From positions 1 to 61,858 of IMG/VR virus record IMGVR_UViG_3300042901_000051: DNA of 61,858 bases. One strand, 5' to 3'. This DNA is from a virus. Its lineage: Duplodnaviria; Caudoviricetes. This document shows positions 29,581-37,853 of the stretch, piece by piece; within the stretch, counting starts at the first letter, position 1; every line of letters begins with the position of its first letter. A model generated the notes under the pieces. The model made no database searches and was not told the DNA's origin. It was given only the letters and a program-made list of their open reading frames with translations. The position numbers and the translations under genes were made by a program.

Positions 29581-30003
29581 CTAAGTGATCTGAATTGTTA
29601 CCGTTCCAGTTTGCCCTTTTCCAACTAAATTATTGGGGGTCAAACCACCATCGTTACCTAAACCTACTGGGTTCCACCCCCACTGGATCTGCCTACTCCC
29701 GCCTGCGGGTGTCCCAAAGCCATCAACAGAAGTGCTATTCGTAGCCAATAACTGTAACCCAGTAACGCCGCTTGCCAAGTAAGACGTGTCGCGTCTAGGA
29801 TTTCTGACGGCTTGGGGGTCGTCAATTGGGTATAAACCAAGCGACAACTGGGGTTGATCTGGGTCCCAGCATTCGGGGCAAACTTTAAGGTTGACATTTT
29901 TAGTCTTTACAATCTCTGTACGAAGTTCATGGAGTTGAAATTGAAACCCACACCTGTCGCACATCGCAATCGCAATGCGACCAAGAGTAAATTTTGAAGT
30001 CAT
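29581..30003 (-). CDS. Zinc-binding protein (CxxC...CxxC)
   Basis: CDRCG...VCPECWD, DPQAVRNPR. Confidence 0.65.
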   Translation of the reverse strand: MTSKFTLGRIAIAMCDRCGFQFQLHELRTEIVKTKNVNLKVCPECWDPDQPQLSLGLYPIDDPQAVRNPRRDTSYLASGVTGLQLLATNSTSVDGFGTPAGGSRQIQWGWNPVGLGNDGGLTPNNLVGKGQTGTVTIQIT

Positions 30004-30941
30004 TAGTACCCACCGCCACCAATGAAGAAATCACGCGGGACGAACCGGATCGAAGCCTTTTCACGGTCTTCGCCAGCAGCCAGATTCCACTGTTCTTCAT
30101 ATGCCAATTTTAGTATTTCTGCCCGTTGCTCTGCACCGGGGATCTTCATTGATAAGTGGTACGCCAGCCCTGCCACAAGGCAGGGGAGCAACCGAAACGG
30201 TATATCTTGGGTTCGTACTCCACCGTCACCCGCATCTTGGATTCTCTTTAGCCGCCAATATACAAGTTGATATTGAGTTCCCGGTGAGTTGGGGGTAGGC
30301 CAAATATTGACGTTTGGTAAGTAAGGAACAGATATCGCCGCTCCTGTTAGATGCGCTGCAGCAGTGGTTCCCGCTTGCCCACGAATACAGTTTTGTATCT
30401 GAGTAGGGGTTTTCCCGGTGTAGTTAATTATTTCTGAACCTATCTGAACATACCCGGTAGAAGAAAGACCGTCTGTAGAAGATAAAGTAATCGTGGTATC
30501 CGAAGAAGAAATACCACCATTTAATGTCAAAGAAGTAACGGCAGTAGTGCCGGACTGTCGATTTACCCAAATTTGAATTGGTAAACCTTGAGCAGTTTTA
30601 TTGGGGATAGACGCATAGGTAGAAACACTAATACGACTAATCGTGATATCAGATTGAGTTGCTGTACTACCCGCATTTTGGCGAATTACATGCTCTAACA
30701 AGTCAATAGTATCAACTGGAAGCGGGTACGTCGCTTGTCCAGTTTGCAAGGTAATTGCACCCTCTTCAATGGTCCAGAGATTGATACCCCTGTTTGACCA
30801 TTCAATAGTCAACAAATTGAGACTTCGACGCGCTGTTTTAAGGTCGTAACCGGTCCGCAGTTCGGCACCGCACCTCTCAAACGCTTCTTCTATGATGTCC
30901 CGAAGTTCGAGGTTAAATTCTGTTGTTCCGGAGGTTGTCAT
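30003..30941 (-). CDS. Head-tail connector/adaptor with inserted beta domain
   Basis: IIEEAFERCG, ARRSLNL, WSNRGINLWT, GLAYHL. Confidence 0.6.
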   Translation of the reverse strand: MTTSGTTEFNLELRDIIEEAFERCGAELRTGYDLKTARRSLNLLTIEWSNRGINLWTIEEGAITLQTGQATYPLPVDTIDLLEHVIRQNAGSTATQSDITISRISVSTYASIPNKTAQGLPIQIWVNRQSGTTAVTSLTLNGGISSSDTTITLSSTDGLSSTGYVQIGSEIINYTGKTPTQIQNCIRGQAGTTAAAHLTGAAISVPYLPNVNIWPTPNSPGTQYQLVYWRLKRIQDAGDGGVRTQDIPFRLLPCLVAGLAYHLSMKIPGAEQRAEILKLAYEEQWNLAAGEDREKASIRFVPRDFFIGGGGY

Positions 30942-31201
30942 CTTACTTTCCTATACGGAGCAACTTTTTTAGCCACCCCTTTAGGCTGGGCGACGAACTG
31001 CTTTCCTGCGGCTTTTCCTGCTCGCTTGGCTCGGGTGGTCGCGGCGTACTCTTGCGGGGAGAGCGCTTTGATGGCGCTGCTTGGGAGGTATCTTTCCCCT
31101 GTAGCCTTCGGTCCTTGCGTAGAAGGTTTGCCACTTTTAGTTCTCCATTTCTGATCTGTCCACGCCTTCAGACTCTGCTGCGGCTTTTTCAAGTTCGACA
31201 T
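30938..31201 (-). CDS. Small basic protein (DUF5872-like, C-terminal part)
   Basis: QQSLKAWTDQKWRTKSGK...GERYLP. Confidence 0.65.
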   Translation of the reverse strand: MSNLKKPQQSLKAWTDQKWRTKSGKPSTQGPKATGERYLPSSAIKALSPQEYAATTRAKRAGKAAGKQFVAQPKGVAKKVAPYRKVR

Positions 31202-31310
31202 ATCGTTCTCTTTGCCTAATCTTCCTGAAGTCTTCAGACGCTTCTAAAATCCAGTGAAACACGTTGCCTTCTTTAACGTCGTAAACTGGAAACCTAATCC
31301 CTGTACCCAC
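31137..31310 (-). CDS. Possible 57 aa protein (not in ORF track)
   Basis: GTG-started frame (GTGIRFPVYDVKEGNVFHWILE...) fills the gap between two genes but overlaps both. Confidence 0.3.
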   Translation of the reverse strand: MGTGIRFPVYDVKEGNVFHWILEASEDFRKIRQRERYVELEKAAAESEGVDRSEMEN

Positions 31311-31587
31311 CGCCAGCCTTTTTGTACTGAAGTGCCATCATTTGAGCCTTACGGGCACTCCACTGACCCGGAGCACCCCCCTTACCACCGGCCTTAATAC
31401 GCTCAAATATGGATTTGCGTAGTCCGGGTTTGGTGTAGTTACCTGCCTCATTTACACGAGACTTACCGCCTTGGGAATAAATAGCAACAGACAAATCCCC
31501 GTCTTTTTTCTTGACGGTTTTGGCTGGCTTCATAGCCTTTGGCAGTTTTTTAGGGTTTACTGCGCCCATACCCCGGGATGCACGCAT
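31294..31587 (-). CDS. Small basic protein (DUF5872-like, N-terminal part)
   Basis: NYTKPGLRK...GGKGGAPGQWSARKAQ...YKKAGGGY. Confidence 0.65.
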   Translation of the reverse strand: MRASRGMGAVNPKKLPKAMKPAKTVKKKDGDLSVAIYSQGGKSRVNEAGNYTKPGLRKSIFERIKAGGKGGAPGQWSARKAQMMALQYKKAGGGYRD

Positions 31588-31929
31588 TTAGCACTTTCCG
31601 CCGCCCATCATGCGAACTTGCATACCGCGAGTTTTGCCTTTTTTAGCAACACCATCGGCTTGTTTGTGACCAGCAGCCAAACCGCCAGACTTCATCTTCT
31701 TCATTCCGGCTTCTTTCATCTCATGCTTGAGCATGGACTTGGGGGCGCCCTTTTTCTTCATAAAGGACACTTCCTTCTTCATCATTGCCTTTGACTCTTT
31801 CATGACTCCACCTTCCTTTTTAGTAAACTCTTTGCCTACGGACGTTGGTACGCCCACCTTTTTTGCAAACTTTGGGTTATTAGCCACCGCTTGCATAAAC
31901 CTTTCCTGCTTGGCTGATACGGTTGGCAT
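31588..31929 (-). CDS. Small Lys/Met-rich basic protein
   Basis: SAKQERFMQAVANNPKFAKKVGVP; ADGVAKKGKTRG. Confidence 0.65.
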   Translation of the reverse strand: MPTVSAKQERFMQAVANNPKFAKKVGVPTSVGKEFTKKEGGVMKESKAMMKKEVSFMKKKGAPKSMLKHEMKEAGMKKMKSGGLAAGHKQADGVAKKGKTRGMQVRMMGGGKC

Positions 31930-32099
31930 CAGACCATCTTCCCACGGGTCTTACCACGTTGAGCACAACCATCAGCACGTTTAGACGCAGATGATACTTT
32001 CCCGCCTTTTTTCATATACCCCATTTTGTTTCGTACTTCGGTAGGTAATTTTGAAAGACCGGGGTTTTGTTCTGCATTAACAGGTTTTAGATTATCCAT
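31929..32099 (-). CDS. Small basic protein (56 aa, not in ORF track)
   Basis: MDNLKPV...PGLSKLPTEVRNKMGYMKKGGKVSSASKRADGCAQRGKTRGKMV; GAGG RBS; TGATG overlap. Confidence 0.7.
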   Translation of the reverse strand: MDNLKPVNAEQNPGLSKLPTEVRNKMGYMKKGGKVSSASKRADGCAQRGKTRGKMV

Positions 32100-32102
32100 T
32101 AT

Positions 32103-32345
32103 TTACCTCGCTTGAATAAGTCGGTCAATTTTTTCTTCAAACTTGTTAAAGCGTTCATCAATATAGCGCTCAAGTTTTTCAATTTCTGTTTTAGTAGCGT
32201 TTTCACGAGCCACCTCCAATTTAGTATCATTTAACATCTTTTCCAGCGTATTTAGTTTGTTGTTCTTTTCCCAAGCAACAAACCCTGCCACACCCACCAA
32301 GGCAGACAACACACCAGACCAAGAAAATAAAATCATCTGCTCCAT
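32103..32345 (-). CDS. Membrane-anchored coiled-coil protein
   Basis: Likely start MEQMILF at 32345; N-terminal TM then coiled coil. Confidence 0.6.
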   Translation of the reverse strand: MEQMILFSWSGVLSALVGVAGFVAWEKNNKLNTLEKMLNDTKLEVARENATKTEIEKLERYIDERFNKFEEKIDRLIQAR

Positions 32346-32346
32346 A

Positions 32347-32601
32347 TCAGCACTTCCACGCCCGTAGGCTTTTGTTGATACGGCTGTTTGGATCATTAGC
32401 GGTTTTGGCACTAGTTAACTTCTTTTTCATGCCTGTCATCCGAGCACAGAATGACTTCTTGCGCGAACCACCTTCGGGTTGCGGAGCCTTCAAACCGGGC
32501 TTACCGGGGTTAGCAGCGTTGTACGATGCCCTTCCCTTGGCGTTTAGCCCACCTTTTGGGTTCTTACCTTCTTTGCGTTGCCACGCAGGAGTCTTAGCCA
32601 T
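32347..32601 (-). CDS. Small basic protein (DUF6321-like)
   Basis: AWQRKEGKNPKGGLNAKGRASYN...SFCARM...SLRAWKC. Confidence 0.7.
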   Translation of the reverse strand: MAKTPAWQRKEGKNPKGGLNAKGRASYNAANPGKPGLKAPQPEGGSRKKSFCARMTGMKKKLTSAKTANDPNSRINKSLRAWKC

Positions 32602-33348
32602 TTAAGCCGCCTTTTCTTTCGGTGGGGCCGCTTTGAGTTTGGGGTATAACCAATCTTCTCCAAAGTTGCCCACAAATTCTTCCATACCCATGTGGCCTAA
32701 TGTGATCGTGGGATCAACCCAAATCTCATAGCCATATTCACGGACACGATTGCAAAATAAATAATCTTCGCCAACATAACCTTCTGGTACTACGTCAAAA
32801 TGAAAGAAGGCTTTTAATTTACCAGCCTCAATCCGATCATCTTTGTATTCCCACTCAGGATGGTTAGCATCTAAAGTTTCAAAGACATCACGACGAATCA
32901 TCATAAACGCAGTAGCCACCTGATTTGCTCGGATAAGCCCCATTTCGTTTAAGACAAGTTCGTCGTTTTCGTCTTTGTATAGCGTGGAAATAAATGTTTT
33001 AGCCTTTTTGCGAGCCACTGGAATACCAGCGGCAATACCGCATTTGGGGTCAGAAGTCCAAGCCAGCAACCTAAACAAATCGTTTGCATTGAAATTAATG
33101 TCTGAATCAATAAACATTAAGTCCGTGCAATCGCTTGCCATAAAGTCAGCAGCAATAAGATTGCGCGCCCGGGCGACAATAGAGCACCCAGATATATTAC
33201 TAATCTGGATGGATACCCCATGTTGACCAGCAAGCGCACAAAAATTTGCCATTGAAATAGCAAGTTTTGTAGACAGTTTAAAGTCGTAAGTCGGCAAACC
33301 AAGCATCAGTTTGCGACCTGCAACGCTGTAGGACTTTTCTTTTTGCAT
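32602..33348 (-). CDS. Glycosyltransferase (GT-A fold, GT2-like)
   Basis: ARARN, LMFIDSDI (DxD), FMMIRRDVF, GEDYLFC, VDPTITLGH. Confidence 0.8.
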   Translation of the reverse strand: MQKEKSYSVAGRKLMLGLPTYDFKLSTKLAISMANFCALAGQHGVSIQISNISGCSIVARARNLIAADFMASDCTDLMFIDSDINFNANDLFRLLAWTSDPKCGIAAGIPVARKKAKTFISTLYKDENDELVLNEMGLIRANQVATAFMMIRRDVFETLDANHPEWEYKDDRIEAGKLKAFFHFDVVPEGYVGEDYLFCNRVREYGYEIWVDPTITLGHMGMEEFVGNFGEDWLYPKLKAAPPKEKAA

Positions 33349-33351
33349 TTA

Positions 33352-33666
33352 TTATCCGTAAAAAAGCGTTATTGAGGTTGTATTAGTAACAGTACCGTGC
33401 ATCGTACCTGTTTTAACTAGAATACCTTCTCCCGGTAACGGGATAATGGTGTATCCAGCCGTACCACTTGCAGCGGTTTCTACAGTAAGCACAATATTGC
33501 CACTAGCCCCACCCTCACGAATAACGACAGTACCAGCACTTGCACCATTAACCGCATACACGGTTTTAATACGATTACGATTGATGTCGTAATTATTTTG
33601 GTCTTTAAAATTGCCTGTGCTAGTCAACGGTTTTGTCGCTAGTACATCATATTGCATGGTAGGCAT
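33352..33666 (-). CDS. Small structural protein
   Basis: Beta-rich; PGEGIL and TLFYG C-terminus; downstream of capsid genes. Confidence 0.55.
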   Translation of the reverse strand: MPTMQYDVLATKPLTSTGNFKDQNNYDINRNRIKTVYAVNGASAGTVVIREGGASGNIVLTVETAASGTAGYTIIPLPGEGILVKTGTMHGTVTNTTSITLFYG

Positions 33667-33678
33667 TATGGCCTCCTA

Positions 33679-34134
33679 TTAAGCGCTTTGCTGACCAACT
33701 GTAGGATCTGCCACAAAATATGTGATATATCCACCAACAGTACCCGCACCTGAAGTGTCAATTGTTACGGTTACATATGACAATGCAGAAATAGCGGTGC
33801 GAGTTAAACCAGAAGTGATAGAACCAACAGCAGCAACAGATAGGTTATTTGCAATAGCTGCACCGGTAACAGATCCACTAACATAGTTGCGGGTTCCGAG
33901 GTCTACAGAACCAGAACCTGCGTCATTAATTTCTACAGACAGCACAACTGCGCCTGCAGGAAGAATCAGGTCAGGAGCACCTGTAGTAGAAGAAACTTTA
34001 ACATTGGTGGCGGTAGCAACAGATGCGTCAGCAATATAAAACTGAGCAGCCATAACGCCAGAACCACAATATGCGGTGCGAGTTTGATCCCCACCGCCCG
34101 AACGCCAGATACTCTGGGTAGTTGAAAGTGCCAT
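33679..34134 (-). CDS. Putative capsid decoration protein
   Basis: 151 aa Ala/Thr/Val/Ser-rich, first gene after major capsid; GGAG RBS. Confidence 0.5.
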   Translation of the reverse strand: MALSTTQSIWRSGGGDQTRTAYCGSGVMAAQFYIADASVATATNVKVSSTTGAPDLILPAGAVVLSVEINDAGSGSVDLGTRNYVSGSVTGAAIANNLSVAAVGSITSGLTRTAISALSYVTVTIDTSGAGTVGGYITYFVADPTVGQQSA

Positions 34135-34142
34135 GTTTATCT

Positions 34143-34218
34143 CCGTGTAGTAGCACGACTCGTTACAGGTTCTCTACTAAGTCTGCTAGGTCAGTACCTG
34201 TAACTAAAAATCCTAGTC
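34143..34218 (-). ncRNA. Structured RNA with pseudoknot downstream of the major capsid gene (candidate Mu-gpT-DE-like motif)
   Basis: Perfect 9-bp stem GUUACAGGU/ACCUGUAAC (34196-34204 with 34162-34170); loop CCUAG (34186-34190) complementary to upstream CUAGG (34212-34216); small hairpin at the RBS. Confidence 0.55.
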
Positions 34219-34234
34219 CTTATAGTGTAATACC

Positions 34235-34261
34235 AAAAGGGGGGCTTGTAACCCCCCTTTT
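34235..34261 (-). terminator. Rho-independent terminator after major capsid gene
   Basis: AAAAGGGGGG-cttgtaa-CCCCCCTTTT hairpin with T tracts on both strands. Confidence 0.75.
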
Positions 34262-34264
34262 GTT

Positions 34265-35173
34265 TTATGCACCCGGTGAGCCAAAAATACCGAGCGGATC
34301 AGACCAACCGAACGAATAACGCTCACGAGCCTTATAACGTACGTTACCGGTGTCAAAATCTCCATCCATTGAGGTACTCATCGGAGTACGGATGAAGTGC
34401 TTCAGACCGTTGGGAACGTCCGTCGTCAGGAACCATGCGTTCGTATCCGTCAAGAAGTGGTTAACAGAGTAACCCTCGGGGATAGAACCATTGTTCTTCA
34501 GAGCGTTGATGTCGTTGTCGTTTGTGCCAACACGGAGTTCAGTCTCCAAGAGGCGGGTTGCAACGAACATCAGTGCGGGGGGAACAACCAATTTACGCGG
34601 CTTTGCAGCAATTAGCAGGCCGCGCTCGTCCGTCCAAGCAGCGATCTGAATAACAGCGGCCTCAAGGGAGGTCTCATTCAGGTCAGCAGGAGTGGAAGGC
34701 TCGTTGGAGTTAACACCGCCAGAAACAAGGGGATGCGAGGTCGAGAACAGTTCAACGCCGTCACCACCGGGGTAGTTAGAGTTGAAACCATTGTTCAGGA
34801 TGTTTGCAGCCTTAACTTGCTTGGTATATGCCATAGCACGGGCCAGAGCCTTGGTATAACGAGCCGAAAGGCTGTCATACAGGTTGTCCTCAATTGCTTC
34901 TTCAGTAATTGAGAAGCCCAGAGCAATCGTCTCATGGCTGTAACGAGCAGAAAATGCTTCCTGCGCGTTGTCATAAGAAATAGCCTGACCTTCGTTCTTT
35001 ACTGGAGCGGCGGAGAAGCCAGACAACTTGACCTCTTCCTCAAAAGAACGCTCAGAGGTTTCAGTTACGAAAATCTCTTTGTGCTCTTCACCATAGCGAC
35101 CATACTCCATACCAAACAGAGCATTAAGCCCCGGGAGAAGTTCTTTTAAAAGTTGTGCGCGTGAGATAGCCAT
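34265..35173 (-). CDS. Major capsid protein (HK97 fold, Mu gpT-like family)
   Basis: 302 aa; MAISRAQLLKELLPGLNALFG, PRKLVVPPAL, YKARERYSFG; position and terminator. Confidence 0.85.
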   Translation of the reverse strand: MAISRAQLLKELLPGLNALFGMEYGRYGEEHKEIFVTETSERSFEEEVKLSGFSAAPVKNEGQAISYDNAQEAFSARYSHETIALGFSITEEAIEDNLYDSLSARYTKALARAMAYTKQVKAANILNNGFNSNYPGGDGVELFSTSHPLVSGGVNSNEPSTPADLNETSLEAAVIQIAAWTDERGLLIAAKPRKLVVPPALMFVATRLLETELRVGTNDNDINALKNNGSIPEGYSVNHFLTDTNAWFLTTDVPNGLKHFIRTPMSTSMDGDFDTGNVRYKARERYSFGWSDPLGIFGSPGA

Positions 35174-35184
35174 TTAATTGCTCC

Positions 35185-35787
35185 TTATGCTACGGCATCG
35201 GCAGTTGTATAAGTGTGAATGCCAATGTTAAATTTGACAATCACTTCCGTATACGAGCCGGATGCGTTAACAGTCTCAGGAACAACGTCAATCACACGCA
35301 AAGGCAGCGTAGTGGCTGTGCCAGTTGTTGCAAGAACTGCGACTTTTGAATCACCAGTAACAGTAGAACCACTATTCTGGACCAGTTCGGCGTTCTGACC
35401 AACAGCAGCGCGAGTTACGCCACCGATAGTCGTACCAGTCGAAACAACAGCAGCCTGATACAACTGATCAGGATCATCTTGCACGTACGCATAAGTAGTC
35501 GAACCCGTAATTGGGCCGTCATAGAATTGAGCGTAAGTGGGTTGCTTAGTAGTGGGGTTGACGTATGTAACGCCAAGGAACACACCAACAACATCAGCAG
35601 CGGTGCTTGTGGTCGTCACCTTCTCAAGATTACCGGCTGTGTTCAGGGCTACTACGTCACCATAGAAGATGTCAGTAGCGGAACCAGAGGCAATCGGGAT
35701 TTGGCGAGTTTGACCAGCGTACACCTGACCACCGACCAAATTGATCGGGCGCAGACCGTAAGGTCCTGCAAGGGTAGGATATGCCAT
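35185..35787 (-). CDS. Capsid cement/decoration protein
   Basis: PYGLRP, IFYGDVV, GVFLG, DDPD motifs; immediately upstream of MCP. Confidence 0.6.
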   Translation of the reverse strand: MAYPTLAGPYGLRPINLVGGQVYAGQTRQIPIASGSATDIFYGDVVALNTAGNLEKVTTTSTAADVVGVFLGVTYVNPTTKQPTYAQFYDGPITGSTTYAYVQDDPDQLYQAAVVSTGTTIGGVTRAAVGQNAELVQNSGSTVTGDSKVAVLATTGTATTLPLRVIDVVPETVNASGSYTEVIVKFNIGIHTYTTADAVA

Positions 35788-35804
35788 TTAAAACTCCTTA
35801 AAAG

Positions 35805-36263
35805 TTATTTGCCACGTCCGAAAGTGACTTCCGCACGCTTCTCACTAAAGAGTGGCATACGGGCGTCGTTCTCTCGCATAAAGTTGTTGTCCACGGATCT
35901 CATCTGTTGATCAGCCATACCTTCGTAATAACCATTACGCTTTCCGACTTTCTCTTCGAGATTCTTGCACAACATAAGGCCACCAAACAAAACTAGTCCA
36001 TTCTTCGAGGCAGACCCGTCGAGGCCCAAATCAAGAAGCAGTTCTGGATGATCTTCTGCCTTTACAGGCTCCCAACCTTCCCGACGACGCATGGAAACAT
36101 TTCGTGCATCATCTAAGCCCATTACCATAGTACGAACCCATCTAAAAGCGTATCCGTCCTGTGGATCAGGGGTTGGTATCGACGAGGGGGGAATCCATGG
36201 TTGATCATGAAGATCATTTTCACGAGATTCCAGTTCACGACTCATACGATTTTGATTACCCAT
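35805..36263 (-). CDS. Head-module protein
   Basis: GYAFRWVR, REGWEPV, GGLMLCK. Confidence 0.6.
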   Translation of the reverse strand: MGNQNRMSRELESRENDLHDQPWIPPSSIPTPDPQDGYAFRWVRTMVMGLDDARNVSMRRREGWEPVKAEDHPELLLDLGLDGSASKNGLVLFGGLMLCKNLEEKVGKRNGYYEGMADQQMRSVDNNFMRENDARMPLFSEKRAEVTFGRGK

Positions 36264-37252
36264 TACTGACTCCTTCCGTTAATAGCAGCCCATTGTTTTG
36301 CATATTCTTCTATAGGTATACCCAATTTACGTGCGACAGCCGCGCCTCCCGGCGGGATTTTCACGGTTTTCGGGGATGCACTTCTAGAAGCTGGCGCAAC
36401 CACAGTGGATTGCTGTTTTACAGTGCGTTGTTGAGGTTGTTCTACGTTGTCAAACCGGTCAGGAAAGACTTGGCGTATACGCTCATCTAGGCGTCTGTAA
36501 TATTCGTCCGTGCGAGGGTCTACGCCTTCTCGCATGAGTTTTTTGTCAACAGCATAAGCAATTGCCGTCATCTCATCGTCTTTACCAAACCATTCCGAGT
36601 TCTTTTGGAACCAGGCTTCCGCCTTTGGATCAGTCTTCGGTACAGCCGGACTTGAAGCAACTTGCTGCTGTATGGGTTGACTATATACGCTAGATTCTGC
36701 CCGTTGTAAAGGGGGATTACGAGAAAGTTCTCTTTTTTCTGCAACCACCTCTGCCATTTTGAGTTGGGCCTGCACCATACCCTCAGAATCCCCAGACTCA
36801 TAAGCCTCCTTATAAGCCTTTTGAGCAGAAGCCAACTCAGTGTCTAATTTAGATTTGACAGTATCGGTGTATAAATTGGCGCCCTGATCCAGTACCGTCT
36901 TGAGCCGCTTGTTTTCCTCCATGGCGGCTTGGGCATACCGAATTGCCTCTTCTTGTTCTTCTTGATACCGCTGCCGATAAGAGCGCTCTTCCTCAAGTTC
37001 TTTCTTGAGTTGCTCGTATTCATTGTCCTTGTCGGCCTTGTACTGGCTTAGTTCGTCAGTATCAGCAACCTCAACCTTTTGGGCCTTTCGGGGTGGGGGT
37101 GCTTGTTCTTCCCCCTCCACTACAAACTCAAAAGTTTCGTCTGGATCCGACTTTTTTAAAATTTGAGTTTCTTCGGGCAATCCGTCTGGCCCTAGCCCCT
37201 CATCGTTTTGCTCTACGCCATTTATTAGCGTTCGCATCTTATTTGCTGCCAT
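36263..37252 (-). CDS. Scaffolding protein
   Basis: Acidic coiled coil; DPKAEAW..N.WFG; C-terminal ARKLGIPIEEYAK helix; between portal and capsid. Confidence 0.7.
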   Translation of the reverse strand: MAANKMRTLINGVEQNDEGLGPDGLPEETQILKKSDPDETFEFVVEGEEQAPPPRKAQKVEVADTDELSQYKADKDNEYEQLKKELEEERSYRQRYQEEQEEAIRYAQAAMEENKRLKTVLDQGANLYTDTVKSKLDTELASAQKAYKEAYESGDSEGMVQAQLKMAEVVAEKRELSRNPPLQRAESSVYSQPIQQQVASSPAVPKTDPKAEAWFQKNSEWFGKDDEMTAIAYAVDKKLMREGVDPRTDEYYRRLDERIRQVFPDRFDNVEQPQQRTVKQQSTVVAPASRSASPKTVKIPPGGAAVARKLGIPIEEYAKQWAAINGRSQ

Positions 37253-37261
37253 AAATCCTCC

Positions 37262-37660
37262 TTATGCTCGGGTAAACCCTGATGGGTCTTCAATTACACC
37301 CTCTACGGTGTCCTCATTAATTAGACGGAATTCATGCCCCCCAATCGTGAACCGAGAGCCTGAATAAGACCGCATCACTACCCAATCCCCTCTTTTACAC
37401 CAAGCGTGGGCGTAGCGGTTTTTGTCGGTATAGCAATCAGGACCCATAGCAACAACCAAACCAATGTTTGCTGCAACTTCTTCAGCGTTCTTAGTTTGAT
37501 TAGGAAGAATAATTCCGCTACCGGTTGTTTTTTCCTCAAATACCGGCATAGCAATTAATATTTTCCAGCCTACAGGGACAGGTAATTTGTGTGCGGCTCT
37601 TGCTTCCTCGATCTTTTTTAGTGTTAGTTCTGTACTTGGTACGCCAATTCCTTTAATCAT
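37262..37660 (-). CDS. groES: GroES-like co-chaperonin (Cpn10)
   Basis: PVGWKILI, TGSGIILP mobile loop, GLVVAMGP, GDWV, FRLINEDTVEGVI. Confidence 0.8.
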   Translation of the reverse strand: MIKGIGVPSTELTLKKIEEARAAHKLPVPVGWKILIAMPVFEEKTTGSGIILPNQTKNAEEVAANIGLVVAMGPDCYTDKNRYAHAWCKRGDWVVMRSYSGSRFTIGGHEFRLINEDTVEGVIEDPSGFTRA

Positions 37661-37853
37661 CTAGGTTTTCCTTTCTTGCTTTATTAGCGAGTTCTTCAAA
37701 CATATTTACGGCAACCATCAAGCCACGGATTAAGCCAACTTTTTCGCGGTACGCTGCGTAATCATCAGCCGATCCCATGGCAAGGTCCTCTGCTTGCCGA
37801 TCTAACTCCTTACGTATTTTTTCTAAGAATATTTCTTCAAATGAACTAGCCAC
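37653..37853 (-). CDS. Small helical protein
   Basis: DDYAAYREKVGLIRGL; coupled to portal gene. Confidence 0.6.
   Translation of the reverse strand: MASSFEEIFLEKIRKELDRQAEDLAMGSADDYAAYREKVGLIRGLMVAVNMFEELANKARKENLDD

Noticed and set aside
34143-34218. HDV-like/theta ribozyme interpretation of the pseudoknot
   Set aside because: Only 5 nt lie between the P2-like strand and the pseudoknot strand, leaving no room for P3/L3; no adjacent tRNA
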